Source: Octopus sinensis | Taxonomy: Eukaryota | Length of the DNA: 64,000 nt | Direction of reading: 5' to 3' | Assembly (NCBI RefSeq): GCF_006345805.1 | Contig: NC_043018.1 | Span: 3,038,001 to 3,102,000, forward strand | Part shown: piece by piece, positions 1 through 13,365 of the stretch | Layout of the letters: every line of letters starts with the position of its first letter | Position numbering within the stretch: the first letter of the stretch is position 1 | Notes under the pieces: model-generated | The model's database searches: none | What the model was told of the DNA's origin: nothing | Seen by the model: only the letters and a program-made list of their open reading frames with translations | Program-made: the position numbers and the translations under genes

Positions 1-604
1 CTACTTACATATAGGCATCCATACATGCATACATACATACATACATACATAGGTGAGTTTGTAGGTGTGTATGTGTGCGCTTGGATACTTAATAATTGCA
101 ATAATTACCTGACTCTCAAGGAAAGCGAGTTGAAAGATCTTGGTCAAGTTCTTCCAAATTTAAGCAATTAAAAAAACAACGCAGTCCTTTCATTAACGAT
201 ATCTTAATCACTAATCAATTCTTTTTCTTTGACCCCGTCTCTCCTTTCTGTCTGTTATCTCTCGCTCTTCACCTCTTATTCTCTCTCTCTCTCTCTTTCT
301 CTCTGTCTTCCCCTCGTTATTTATCTATTGCCGCGCGCGCACAAACACACACACACACACAAACAAACACACACACATTTAACATATTCATATACTTATG
401 TATAAAACTATATCAATGTGCAATGTGTGGGTGTAGATATGTGGAGAGATAGGTAGATACACATATATTTATACACACATTCAAGCGCACACGCACGCAC
501 ACACGCATGTGCACACTCCCCCCCCCACCTCTACAACCTACATTCGCACACATTTCTGTGTATATAAGTATATCGGTATAAAAGTGTGCTCTGATATGTA
601 AGCA

Positions 605-668
<64 letters not shown>

Positions 669-1653
669 ATAGATATACATATAAATATATATATGTACAT
701 ATATATATATATATATGCGCGCGTACACACACATATATGTGTGTGTATATATAAGCTTATGTGCGTACGTAATATGTATGTACATATCTTTCTATATATC
801 TTTGTGTGCATGTACGTATCTCTATATGTAAGAATGTACGTAAAGCCAAATATGTATGTTTTCTAGATCACACAAAGAAATATTGTAAAAAGAAAAGAAA
901 ATCAATATATATTTATACCGAAATTCAGTATGATAGAGAATTATATACTTTATATACTATCGGCTTTCCTTATCATAATCACTCTCACCATAAACCTAAA
1001 TGGCGCTCACGTAAAAACTAACAATAAAAAAAATATGATCAAGATAGATTTCATACTCTGCATTCAGGTTTCCCAAAACCTAGACATTTTCTCCTCTTAT
1101 AAGTTTTATGCCACCTGTCTTTGAAGTAGTTTAAATATAATTTTAAAAGAGTGTCTCTTTATTCGCTCGTTCTGCTAGTAATAAAGGCGAAATTTCGTTC
1201 AAATCACTGCCACTTCTGTAGATCAATGATCAGGAACACCGTTAATTTATCTCACATATATTCTAGAATCCCTCCCACATACTCTGATAAATCGTCTGAT
1301 GATACAGTGTCCTACTCTGCTCGTGTATGTATAAACAGATGCAAACATACGCACACACGGACACACACACACATACACATAAACACAAATACACACAGGC
1401 ATAGTGTAATATAATATGGTATAACATAATATGATTTAATATGATGGTACCCACCCGTCGACTTCAATATGCGTATATCTGACGGAGAGGATTGAACGAG
1501 AGAGAGATGGGGGTGGAAAGAATGAAAAAAAACAAAGACAGAAACAAAGAAAGGAAAAGAAAGATAGAAAGAAGGAAAAAGAGGAAGAAAAAAAAGAAAA
1601 ACAGAAAGGAAAAGAAAGAAAGAAAACAACTTTAAAACTAAAAGAAGCTGCAT

Positions 1654-3420
1654 CTATTTGTGATGAATGTATGAATGTAATTTGAGTGCAGGAATAAATT
1701 TTGTTATGAAGTCACAATGGGGACATTGAAGATTTTGAGTTTGACTGGGATTGAGTAAAAGTGTCTGTTGATTGCTGGATAGAGTTCTTTTATTGTTCTG
1801 TTCAAATCAAACTGTTTTGCGGCATCACTACACATTTTAAGCAAAGCAGATCGATTTAGGAAATAGCTTCCTCAAGATTTTTAATGAATTTGGAGAGACT
1901 TTACTGATTGCTTCAATTTATTCTGATACCTAACTGTTGACCAGTAGCCCTCTAATTGTTGACCATACAAAAATATTTTCGGAATTTCATCTTCTTTCTT
2001 TCGAACGACATGCCTTACCCATCTGCACCAAATTCAAGGTAGCTTGCTTTTGATACTGCAGATATCACATCTTTCTTAGATTTTGATATTTGGAATATTT
2101 TTTTGCAAATATTGTATAGAAGTTAAATGTGAAAGGATTTAAATTCCTTTAAATGCCTATTGTAGGTACTCCATGTTTCTAATCCAGACAAAAGTTTTCT
2201 CAAAATACAAGATTTCTATACACTTATTCTAGTTTTCAGACTTACACCGTGTTCATACCATAAATGATGTGAAAATTTTCCAAATGCATTTGTAGCTTTA
2301 GATATTTGAACATTGATTTCGTCATTAAGAGTTTTCTTAACGCCTACTTCCAAGATATTTAAATGACCTGACAGACTTGATTAGCTTGTTGTCAACAATC
2401 ACCTTTAAATTTTGAAAGTGTTCTTCCCCAGGCGTTGGTTGTAATAAAACTTCAGTCTTCTTGACGCTGATAGTCCGTTCCAAATGCATGAGCTGCCGCA
2501 GCAAAGGATTCAGCTACTTTCAGAAATCCTTCAAATGTTTTTCACGTCAAAACGCAGTCACCAGCAAACGGAAAATCGTGTAGATCTCTTGTGAGTAACT
2601 GAAATTTTACATCTCCTTGGCAATCCCTAAAATCATGTTGCAACATTATTGAAGAGAATATGGAAATATAATTTCTTTTCTACTCTAGGAACAAGGCCCG
2701 AAATTTTTGGTGATGGGGCAGTCGATTAAATCAACCCCAGTACGCAACTTGTACTTAATTTTGTCGATCCGGAAAGGATGAAAGGCAAAGTCCACCTCGG
2801 TGGATTTTGAACTAAGAACGAAAAGACAGACGAAATACCTATTTCTTTACTACCCACAAGGGGCTAAACACAGAAGGGACAAACAAGGACAGACAAACGG
2901 ATTAAGTCAATTATATCGAGACCAGTACGTAACTGGTAGTTATATAATCGACCCCGAAAGGATGAAAGGCAAAGTCGACCTCGGCGGAATTTGAACTCAG
3001 AAAGTAGCGGCAGACGAAATACCACTAAGCATTTCACCCGGCGTGCTAACGTTTCTGCCAGCTCGCCGCCTTAATATGGAAATATAATATATGTGCGTGT
3101 GTCTGTATGTGTGTTGTGTGTGTGTGTATGTGTGTGTTGTGTGTGTGTTGTGTTGTGTGTGTGTGTGTGTGTGTTATGTTGTGTGAGTGTGCGTTGTGTG
3201 TGTTGTGTGTGTGTGTGCGTGTGCAGTATTCTCATCCGTTAATATACGTTTGTATTCCAGTTCCCGTTGTTTTGTCTCAGTTCATCTGAGCAGATGGACC
3301 CAATGGATGGTATGCTTCCAACAAGGGCCATCGCATCTCTTAACGATATGTCTAAGATTATATTCATGAACGTTTGTTTAACTTTTCCTACCTTTTCTAG
3401 GGCTGTTTTACAGAGGCTTA
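1654..3420 (-). mobile_element. RTE-clade (BovB-like) LINE relic, RT and C-terminal region, interrupted by a SINE dimer (2673-3072) and a GT microsatellite
   Basis: Minus-strand translation across frameshifts and stops gives IFSSIMLQHDFRDC, FAGD (degenerate FADD), FAAAAHAFG/TISVKKTEVLLQP, FKYLGS, LNDEINVQISKATNAFG, RWVRHVVR..IPKIFLYG and a terminal CPHC..LHSYIHHK* zinc-finger-like end (stop at 1654-1656). The extension to ~3420 (ALEKVG..FMNII) is weaker. Confidence 0.8.
2673..3072 (-). mobile_element. Dimeric tRNA-derived SINE (family A), two central domains and two different 3' tails
   Basis: Minus strand: head GGCGGCGAGCTGGCAG, B-box-like GAGTTCAAATTCC, and central GAGGTCGACTTTGCCTTTCATCC present twice (second copy slightly diverged). 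Perfect 16-bp TSD AATATGGAAATATAAT at 2657-2672 and 3073-3088. Confidence 0.9.
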
Positions 3421-6093
3421 GCTGATATTTTTAATAAATCGCGAAACCACTGATGATGTCCAACCGTCGCTTACCTGTAGGCCTCCGGTTTCCAGTGGTG
3501 ATCCCCTGGGATTAGACAATATCGGATTCCATTTACTGATGACTTTACGCATTCATATTTTATTATTTCATTTATTTTTGTAGTAGGAGGCAATACAGTA
3601 ATTTCTATGTTTCGGCTATCTTTGAAAACATTATTGTTGTTGCTTGTGTTGTTGTTGTTACTGATGTTGTTTCTGCTGTTGTTTACATCAAAGTTAGCCC
3701 TGATCGATCGACTATGATAAAATGTTTTCCAAATATCAAAATAGCATCTGGTTTTCATTGACAAAGCTATAAAACATGTCTCTAGATCATGACACAACCG
3801 AATTCGTTGATATAATATATAAATAACAAACAACACATCACTTCAATACGATGCCTATACATGCTGGGAGAGAGTTAATAAAACTGTAGTAAATCCCTTC
3901 GTAAATGTCCTTTTAAAACTCGAACTACTAAAAACTGTTCTTTATGGGAAAGTATGACATATAAAATACACATTGATTAATAAACGTTAGATTGCCATGC
4001 CATAGAACAATTCAGCTGCAAATTCACTCACAGATATACATCATAGGCCGCATCTATTAGAACTACATTTAACACATATATCCTATATTACAAGAAACAA
4101 ATGCACCCTTGTTAGAGAATGGATAAATATGCCATTAAAAACTCATAAAATGCAACGCAACATTTATCACATATAACCACAGACTCATTGGTAGGACATA
4201 TTATCAAAATACCGGAATGAAACAGCACAAAACTAGCAAACCATGTAAAGTATTTCAGACAACTAATGTAATCTACAAATTTCAGTGTAAACATGAAAGT
4301 TGTAAGTTTCCTGGTTCGATCATGCATTTACAACAAGGAGCGGCCGTAACTCATTATAATACAGTACAGGAAATAAAATTAGACAGGAATACATTAGATG
4401 ACAGCAGTACGATTACGATTTTACATAGAATTCCGCAAAAACGAAAGGAATAACAATGCAAGTTTTACCAATACCAAATTAGAAACCAAAAATCAATACT
4501 CACAGAGAACAGGCGGAAAATAAACCACGAAATCTACTCGACCTAAACTGTTGTATATAATTATTCAATCCGGCGTTGACGATTTTATAAGTTATTATAA
4601 AATTCATTGCCATGATACTTTGCAAGCTACAGTAAAGTGCTTATATAAGCTACAATTACTTTTTTTTTCGTTCCGATAATAAGGACAAAAATATCAGGGA
4701 ACCTAATGGTCTAATCGCTTTATGAAGTCTATTACTCTAAAATGAATATAAAGAGAGAATTAGGGGAAATGAAAAAAAATGTCTTCAATAAACTGATTCA
4801 TATCAAACACAGCCAGGTTTTTTATACAACTTGTTTGCGATTCAGTCAAACACAGACGTAGATACATACTTACATACATACATACAAAGTAAATCTATAA
4901 GTGGTACAGTGAAGAATTGTAAGACTTTCGCAAAATTCTTCATTTGAGATTCTTCTGTGAACAGATGCTCATACTTGTGTGTTTACATCGACAGGACAAC
5001 CATCACTTCAACTCAACTACATATTTAAATACACCGGGAACTCATTTAACTCCAATAGTGTTGTTGCTTCGTTAGAGACTCGCTCGTCTTTCTCTCAAAA
5101 AGAGTTTAAAACTCAAAGAAAAAGATGCATGCATAAGTACACTCATACACACACGCACACACACACATACCGACGCACATAGCCTCCACCCAACACACAG
5201 ACATATATAGACACGCATCCAAGTTAAGCAGGTTGTGATTTTTACAACGCCTTACACCGCAGTAAACATCTAGAGAAGCCATCACGTGTAGACAATAAAT
5301 GCTAAAATCTACTGATGATATCAACTGAGGATATTTCATCAGCATCAGTGAATAGCATCGTTGCATCTTGTAATTTCACCGTGTTTCGGATCATCAGTAG
5401 TAGACAAACTTGGAAAATCTGTTAAACGGATATAGTATAGCAGTGGCTAAACAGTCGCGGATGTTACAAAGACCTGGCTGGTTGTGTATAAATTAGTTAG
5501 CGACAGAGGCAGCTTTTTTTAACGATAATATATATGCTATTTAGTATCTGTCATCTTCACGTTGTTTGATTGCCTCTGTGGTTTTGGTTTCATTTCTTTT
5601 CCTTGATTTTTATCCATGTAAAGTTCGATGATATTTTCTAATTAACGCGTAATATTCTATGATTGATTTACGAGCTATTTTCTGTTTGCCGAATGGTTTA
5701 ATTTTCTCTCTGAACAGCAGGATATGATTTTATGCTTGTCGTTGTTTCTTTGTTTAGGCCTAATATTCTAATCTGTATTAAACAGATAAATGATGTTTTA
5801 GCGTGACCAGCATGTCTGTGTGTGCGTGCGTGCGTGTGTACATGGTTTTGTGTGTGTGTGTATGTGTGTGTGAGGGTGCACCATCTATTGTTAACCTACT
5901 CACAAGATTGTGAAATTCAGGTTTCGATTCTCGGCCCGGAAATGAATGGACAGCGCAAACCTTTGATCACTATTTACAAATCATTTGTACAAGATCTTCA
6001 TCAAGAAATTACAGAGCATATACGTATACTAACACATACGTATACAAGGGTGTGTGTGTGCGTATGTGTGTGTGTCTGTATGTGTGTGTGTGT

Positions 6094-6128
<35 letters not shown>

Positions 6129-6699
6129 TGTGTGTCTGTGTCTGTGTGTACATAAGATGCATTCTGGTTTCTATTCCTATAACATTATCGAACGACGATG
6201 TTCAATGCATTCTCTTCAGTTTGAAGCAATTCCCGTTGCTCTTCCTAGCAGGATCGTGCAGTCACTTCGAAGCTGCTCTGTCTGTCATCCTCGACCCTGC
6301 TGGACCTCGATTCGCATATCCATGCATTTGCACAGATCTCAATGACTGAACGCATATACATCGTCTTCTTTTGTAAACTTCGTTTTACGCATAAGTGAAA
6401 GACGAGAAGAAGCAAAGGAATCCCTGGGTTATTTTGCATTAGATTAAATGACTAAATAATAATATTTCATATAAACAAAGGAAACACAAACATTATCGTT
6501 GAAACAAACATTATGGGAAAACATTCTCTACGCTCTATTGGCTACATAATGATGAATCACTCAAGTTACTGCAATCGATAGAAAATATTTAATTACACAG
6601 TTTAGCCGAAAAGAAAATTGTTGATTTTCAAGTAAACCCATTAACTAAAACAGAATAGCAAAACCTAAAAACAACTGTTCTGCCACTAAAAAGATAATT

Positions 6700-6990
6700 A
6701 GAAGAATATGGACGAAATATGATAGACAGCAGATGTCTTTCATCGCAATTTCATTTATCAAGGGATGTAACGAAGAGTTGAATAGTTAGAAAGGATACAT
6801 TACGTGTCTAGAGGCCTGTGATGCATTATATATTGATTCAACATGGACCGACAAAAACCAACAATGATTCCTGTATGAGAACTTTAGACCTGCTGGGAAA
6901 AGCAAAGAAATCCCTCGCAAAATATAAACTATGGTTTTGGAAGTGTTGGAAGAACGTAAAATTCCGTATCTACATTCCATCAGACTCTCT
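6700..6990 (+). mobile_element. Highly degenerate RTE-like LINE 3' relic
   Basis: FLYENFRPAGKSKEIPRKI resembles the RTE LLYGEL..GKR..GRPRK motif; many stops. Confidence 0.3.
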
Positions 6991-7049
6991 AAAAATTCTG
7001 CCATGCATTATAAATAATAATTATTTACAAGCACAAGTATACGAACTTT

Positions 7050-7360
7050 GAGGGAGTCTTTAGTCGATTTCATCGATTCCAGTAGTGAATTGATAATGTA
7101 ATCTATCGATCCCAGAAAAAGCTGATTTCACAGGGGATTTTACTCAGAAAGTATGTAGCCGGAACAAAATGGGAAATGCATTTTGTCTGATGTAAGTAAT
7201 GGATCTAATTTCTATTAATTAAATTAGTTTCTGATTCAGACAGAAAGCCACCAGTTTCGATGAGAAGGGACTAGTCGACAACATTGACCTCGGAACTTCT
7301 GTAGTATTATAATATCAATCCCGTTGGGATGAAAGGCAAATCTGACCTTGGCGGGATGTT
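7050..7360 (-). mobile_element. Two degenerate family-A SINE fragments
   Basis: Matches to TAGTCGATT..ATCGA.CCCAGT and GGATGAAAGGCAAA..GACCT.GGCGG, which occur in the intact copies. Confidence 0.55.
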
Positions 7361-7794
7361 ATTGATGTTCTTGGTGTGAATATTTAGGCATCCTATAATT
7401 AGAAAGCCATCCCACCCCGCTCATCGCATCTGACTTGTGGTGCCGGAATATATAAAGAATACTTTATCAAACATCTACACTTCTATATAAAGAATACTTT
7501 ATCAAACATTACTCTGCATCTACTCTTAAAACGTCAAAATGAGAGTTCAAGCAACTGTGTTTTCTAGTTAATAAATATCTTCCTCACTGGCAAGTCTGGC
7601 GTCAGATTATATTTACGTGTATTAGCTCTAAAATTGGTGAAATAGCCATTTCGTGCTATCGCTAATGAACGCAGCAGAAGACTTTTTTCTTTTTAATTAG
7701 CAGGGGTGAATTACGATGAGATAGGATTCGCTAGGCAGCCGGGGATTCCTATCTTCGATCATTCCATAATATCAGCGACGATGATGGTCTTTTA

Positions 7795-8030
7795 TCTCTT
7801 ACTTGATTTATTCGTTGGACATGGTTTGAAGAGTTTAGTCAAATAAAGCGATCCCAGAAGTAATTTTTAGAATCCAGTATTATTTATTGGTACTCTTATG
7901 TCGAAGCACTGAGATACTGGCACGTAAGCAAGGCAAACCTCGTTGGCAAGTGTTCACAGACAAAGACACACACGTATATATGGAAAACTTTGTGAGTGCC
8001 TTGATGGTCGTATTTTGAATCCTGAAGGGG
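7795..8030 (-). mobile_element. Degenerate family-C SINE body and tail
   Basis: Scattered similarity to the reverse complement of the 59491-60128 copy (TTTAGTC.AA..A..CGA.CCCAG, GACAAAGACACACAC). Confidence 0.45.
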
Positions 8031-8117
8031 AAAATCCTGAAGCCTGGTGTTTGTGTTGTTGGCGCAAGTATCTATGGGTTGGCTGAAAGCTATTTTTCTG
8101 TTTTTCCCTTATAATAT

Positions 8118-8151
<34 letters not shown>

Positions 8152-8161
8152 ATATATATAT

Positions 8162-8209
<48 letters not shown>

Positions 8210-8217
8210 TGATATAC

Positions 8218-8257
<40 letters not shown>

Positions 8258-8562
8258 GTATATATAGATATATATGCATGTATGTATGTATGTAGTATGT
8301 ATGTATGTATGAAGTCTATATTTCATTCTGGCAAAGCATTCTTTACAATTTGAAAACAATTCAGCATTCAGCAGTTAAGTCTGTGTGGTTAAGTGGCTCG
8401 CTTAGTAACCACGTGGTTTTAAATGTAATCCAACTGTATTATTCCTTTGGGCACGCGTGCTCTGGGCAGACTGATTTAGCGGTGCCCAGGGCTCCGCTAA
8501 ATCCACAAGTTTATTGTTATTCTTTCCCTGTTGTTTTCTTTATATACTCTCTCCTTGTATTC

Positions 8563-8598
8563 CTTTCTGTTGAAGAACGGAGGTTCGAAACTTAAAAG
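8563..8598 (+). ncRNA. Minimal hammerhead-ribozyme-like motif (variant core) within a ~130-bp copy (about 8520-8650) of a dispersed repeat
   Basis: CTTT-CTGTTGA-A-GAAC-GGAG-GTTC-GAAA-CT-TA-AAAG: stem I CTTT/AAAG, stem II GAAC/GTTC, GAAA and UH elements. Homologous to the copies at 42389 and 46506. Confidence 0.45.
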
Positions 8599-9019
8599 AC
8601 TTTCTCACCTCCTGTTGTTTGTACACTTGTCTTCGTCTTTTGATTTTCTATCCAATGAATATGTACCAACATCAACCACAAAGAAATTTGAACTCTTGGG
8701 GGGAGGGGGGATATGTAACATGATCCAAAACCTCACAGTCAAAACAGATCATTTCTCTCTTAGTCCACAACTAACTAATCCCCCCAATTTCTTAGTAACG
8801 TGTTTGAAGTTAGGTAGAAAGAAAGACGTTTTGAGGGAAATGGGTTAGCAGAATCCATTGGCACCAGCACTTGGATGTTATAAACATCAAAAACATGAGA
8901 ACTCAGGGATTATGAAATGCTCGATTAAATTACACACGAGGCATTTGCTTACATGTTAATTATCGCCTTCTAAATAGAGATTTAGAGTTTTGCATGGCAG
9001 CCAAAACCACGTGTCAGCT

Positions 9020-9155
9020 GCTACTGGTTCCCTTCGTCCCGAAACGATGAAAGTCAAATCGACCGCGGCAATAGTTGAACTCATAACGAGAAGTACCTAA
9101 AGAAATACTGCTAAGCATTTCGGTCGATGCGCTAATGATTCTGCCACCTTGCTCT
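9020..9155 (-). mobile_element. Degenerate family-A SINE
   Basis: CCCGAAACGATGAAAGTCAAATCGACC..GAACTCA..GAAATACTGCTAAGCATTTC..GCTAATGATTCTGCCA matches the other copies. Confidence 0.7.
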
Positions 9156-9734
9156 CTATATATAATGGTCATAATAATTTCTTATATTGACACAATGCCC
9201 ATGAGATCAGTCCCATGAGATCCAGTAACTTAAAATGGTATTTGTGTTATTGACCCCCACTGCAGATAAAAAGCCAAAATTTGACCTGACTGAGAATTCA
9301 TAGCGGACATAAAAGGAAATAAGTAAATTCTAAAATGCGTTTTGGCCACCACGGACCGCTACCACCGCTTTACTGATTTTGCTAAATGCTGACACAAAAG
9401 AAACGTGAAATAAACAATATTCGATATTATTGGAGTTATAATAACCTGACAATATCATATTTCATTCTTCGGTCGCCGAGTCATAACGATTAGTAATCTT
9501 TCAAAATGACAGTTTAGAGACGTTTGTTATGAAGACGAATAAGAAAGCTACGGTAATATATTATAATTAGGATTAGTCTAATTCTACACACACACACATA
9601 TAGCTAAATGTATATGCACCTTTATATACATAGAGAGAGAAGTGTGTTGTACAGTCAACCGTCATTCACTAGCGAACATAATTTGGTAACATAAATCCTG
9701 TTATTTTGTAATTGACTTCGTTGTTGCTAATAGA

Positions 9735-10005
9735 TGTCATTACGACGTCGGTTCTCTTTTGATCGAAGCAGCAATACGTCCGAAATATGAGGCGCTGTCG
9801 AGAGAGGCGGGGAAGGAGAGAGAGAGAAAGAGAGCGTTGAAGGGATGAAGGTTATGCAAGCAATGCACCGGATTTCCTTTATGTCAGAACAACGTGAAGC
9901 AAATTTAAGTGACTTGTTCAAGAACACAACCTACTAGCTGATCCACGAGTTGAAACCACGACTGTATCATGAGCGAAATGGGCTAACGACTAAGACACGT
10001 TCACG
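9735..10005 (-). mobile_element. Degenerate family-B SINE (tRNA head plus CORE-like segment)
   Basis: CAACGTGAAGCAAATTTAAGTGACTTGTTCAAGAACACAAC..GAAACCACGAC..CTAACGACTAAG parallels 49636-49735. Confidence 0.45.
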
Positions 10006-10731
10006 TACGTGTGTCCACGTACACACACACACACATACACAACCTCATCAAAATGAAGAATAATGACATGAAATGAAGAACAATAGCAACCACACTATGT
10101 TTTCTCCGATTCCTTCCTAATTATAGAAAATACTACTCTATAACAAACAAGAAATAATAAACCATGCTTTCTATAATTAAAATAACGAAATGACACTAGA
10201 ATTGAGAAAAAAATTTAGTAGCTAAAACGAAATCGTACGTCGTGATCTCTAAATTTTCTTCGTTCCTGCAAGACAAATTGGTCTTGTGCTAATGCAAAAA
10301 AAAACCCCATTTATTTCAACTTGTCTAAATGTATGATTTAGCAGAATCGTTAGTGCGTCCGCCAAAATGACATGTAGTAATTCATTTCGTCTTGTTTTTC
10401 TATATTCACTTCCCACCAGTATCGACTTTGCTTTTCATCCTTCTCGGTTGCAAAAATTAAAATACCAGTCAATTATTATTTTTGGTTGTGTGGGTCTACT
10501 AAATAAAATTAACTTAATTTCATAGACTAAACCAATTCGATCAACTCGTTTTTTGACTCACTACATTAGTTATACTAATCTGCGCTTAACTATATATTCT
10601 GAATACAGAAGACGCCTGTGGGAAATTGTTCGACGTTTCATGAATGTATGAGGGGACATGAATACCTGTTGGGAAGAAAATGGACAGTAAATATCAAAAG
10701 AAAGAGAAGTAATAATGGAATGCAGAATAAA

Positions 10732-10777
<46 letters not shown>

Positions 10778-10787
10778 CGATGATGAC

Positions 10788-10821
<34 letters not shown>

Positions 10822-11020
10822 ATTGTGATGATTGTGATGATGATGACGGCGACGACGACGATGATGATAATGATGATGATGATGAGGAGGAGGAGGAGGA
10901 GTATAATGATCATGATGATGATGATGAAGACGACGAAGACAACGATAAAAATCATCATGGCCAAGATCAGGATTTCGCCACCGATGATCATGATAATGAT
11001 GATGAGCATGTTGATGATGT
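10732..11020. repeat. Compound (ATG/ACG/AGG)n trinucleotide repeat
   Basis: Direct reading; it produces the poly-M, poly-H and poly-I ORFs. Confidence 0.95.
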
Positions 11021-11704
11021 TGGCTACATTTTTGAGGATAACGAGGAAAAGCATTGAAGAGTTTTGATTGCAACGAAGAGAGCATAATGATGGTAACGAC
11101 GGCAATAGTGAAGATAGGAGGAAGGAAAGAATGAATGAATGAATGAAAAAGAAGAAGAAAAGATGGAAAGAAAGAGAGAAAATGTGAAATGGAGCAACAA
11201 ATGAAGGACGAAACGAAGAAAGGTCAGGAAAAAGAACGAAGATCGAAGAGAATATGAAACGGAAAACGGAAACGAAAATAAAAACCTATGCAAGAAGTAA
11301 AATGGCAAAGTTCGCCATATTTGTTGGAACAGTACACGCAACCACCATTTACTAAACACCGACAGACATATCGTTGCATTTAGTTGCTCACAAACACACA
11401 CACACCACACACACACACACACACACATATATATACACTCACACACACACACACGAACTCACACAAACTCACGCATACACTCACTCTCAGAAACACACAG
11501 ATATTTACATGTTCACAAACTCATACATATATTCATACACGTTCGTTGAAATTTACACTCGCTTATTGAAAAGTATAATCTGAAGACCGCCATTTTATTA
11601 TTTTTTATATAGTTTTTCCAGTTCAATAGTTTAAAACAGCCACCATCACTCTTCAGCAAGATAGATGAGTTTCGTTTGTATTTTGTGAATCGTTTCGTTA
11701 ATGC

Positions 11705-11756
<52 letters not shown>

Positions 11757-11792
11757 GATGACTATTATTATTATTATTACTATTACTATTAC

Positions 11793-11856
<64 letters not shown>

Positions 11857-11894
11857 GTTATTATTATTATTATTATTACTATTATTACTATTAC

Positions 11895-11933
<39 letters not shown>

Positions 11934-12043
11934 TATTATTATTATTATTATTATTACTATTATTACTATTATTACTATTATTATTATTATTATTATTACT
12001 ATTATTATTATCATCATCATCATTATTATTATTATTATTATTA

Positions 12044-12074
<31 letters not shown>

Positions 12075-12100
12075 GATTATTATTATTATTATTATTGTTA
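11705..12100. repeat. Long (ATT)n microsatellite with ACT/ATC variants
   Basis: Direct reading, about 400 bp. Confidence 0.97.
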
Positions 12101-12897
12101 TTTGTTCCTTTTTGATATTTTTCCTGTTTTTTGTCTAATTTTAAAAATTTTATTTCTTATTTATTTATTTATTTATTTATTTTTGATTTACCCAAACTGA
12201 TAGAAAACCCTCATAGAGAAAACGTATGATTGCTTGATTGCATACGAGAAATTCATTAACTGGCAGAACATTCAAGACAGGAAGAGTGCATTAAGAATTA
12301 AAAGTGTGCGAGGTTTTTGATGACTGAGTAAATTAAATTGGATTTCTCTAACGCAATCTTTTTTTTTTCTGTTTTCTGTTTTCTTTTCAGCGTTCCCTCC
12401 ACATTCTAACGTTAGAAAATAATACACACCAAAACAAATAAATAAAATCTAGAAAAAAATATAGACAGAATTACAAAATGTTGAGAGGCAAAAATAAAAA
12501 AAATAAAAAAAAAAAAACAGCATCAATCTAGATTTTCATGAAGCTATTGAGGCGCTAAGCTACTAATACAGTAGCTTTTGTGTCATCGCCGTTGTCACCT
12601 TTAATCGTCTCCGTAGTGAATGTCGCCATCATTGCTTGATTGTGCTTCCATAGTATTCTTTCAGTCATATGTCCATTTATATATTTGTTCAATTATTTGT
12701 CTGTTTGTTTGTTTGTTTCATGGGGGCTGCTTTATAGCTCTTTGCTTTACGAGGCTGACATGTTACTTTGTTCTACTACGCTTTAGCTACAGCTGATTAT
12801 CCGCAGATTGTGAAAATACCGTGTAATAAGATACTAAGTGTCTTATTGGAACGCAACGTCAATCTATGTAGAGTAAATCTAGGGAATGAAATGCGGG

Positions 12898-12934
<37 letters not shown>

Positions 12935-13035
12935 GGGAGAGAGAGAGAAATAGAGAGATAGATAGATAACGTTGACTATAGTCTATATATATATACATAT
13001 ATACATATATATATATATATGTATATATATGTATG

Positions 13036-13073
<38 letters not shown>

Positions 13074-13365
13074 CATATATATAAATATATATATATACAT
13101 ATATATATATATAAATATATAAATATATGTATGCATATATGCATATATACATATATATATACATATATATATATACATATATATATAATATATACATATA
13201 TATATACATATATATAATATATATATATATATATATAATATATATATATATATATGCATATATTCATACATATATACATATTCATATATATATATATATA
13301 TAATATATATATATATATATACACACACCAAACACACACATATATATATATATATATATAATTAT
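12898..13365. repeat. (TA)n/(TACA)n compound microsatellite; similar tracts at ~604-720, 8113-8310, 18600-18915, 22960-23110, 27030-27505, 36985-37200, 63030-63720
   Basis: Direct reading. Confidence 0.95.

Noticed and set aside
5378-5400. CTGATGA-TCC-GAAA on the minus strand (canonical hammerhead core words)
   Set aside because: No stem II, and no convincing stem I or UH cleavage site; single occurrence.
6180-6420. GC-richer segment with faint RTE-like peptide similarity on the minus strand
   Set aside because: Motifs too weak to call without alignment.
7449-7509. 26-bp direct duplication TATATAAAGAATACTTTATCAAACAT with a 9-bp spacer
   Set aside because: Most simply a local tandem duplication or repair scar; only two copies.
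10570-12200. Long poly-H, poly-M, poly-I, poly-Y and poly-L ORFs
   Set aside because: Translations of ATG/ATT microsatellites, open in several frames and on both strands; no domain content or splice context.
12357-12392. Strong polypyrimidine tract plus CAG acceptor
   Set aside because: No downstream open exon with a donor; such tracts are common in this T-rich DNA.
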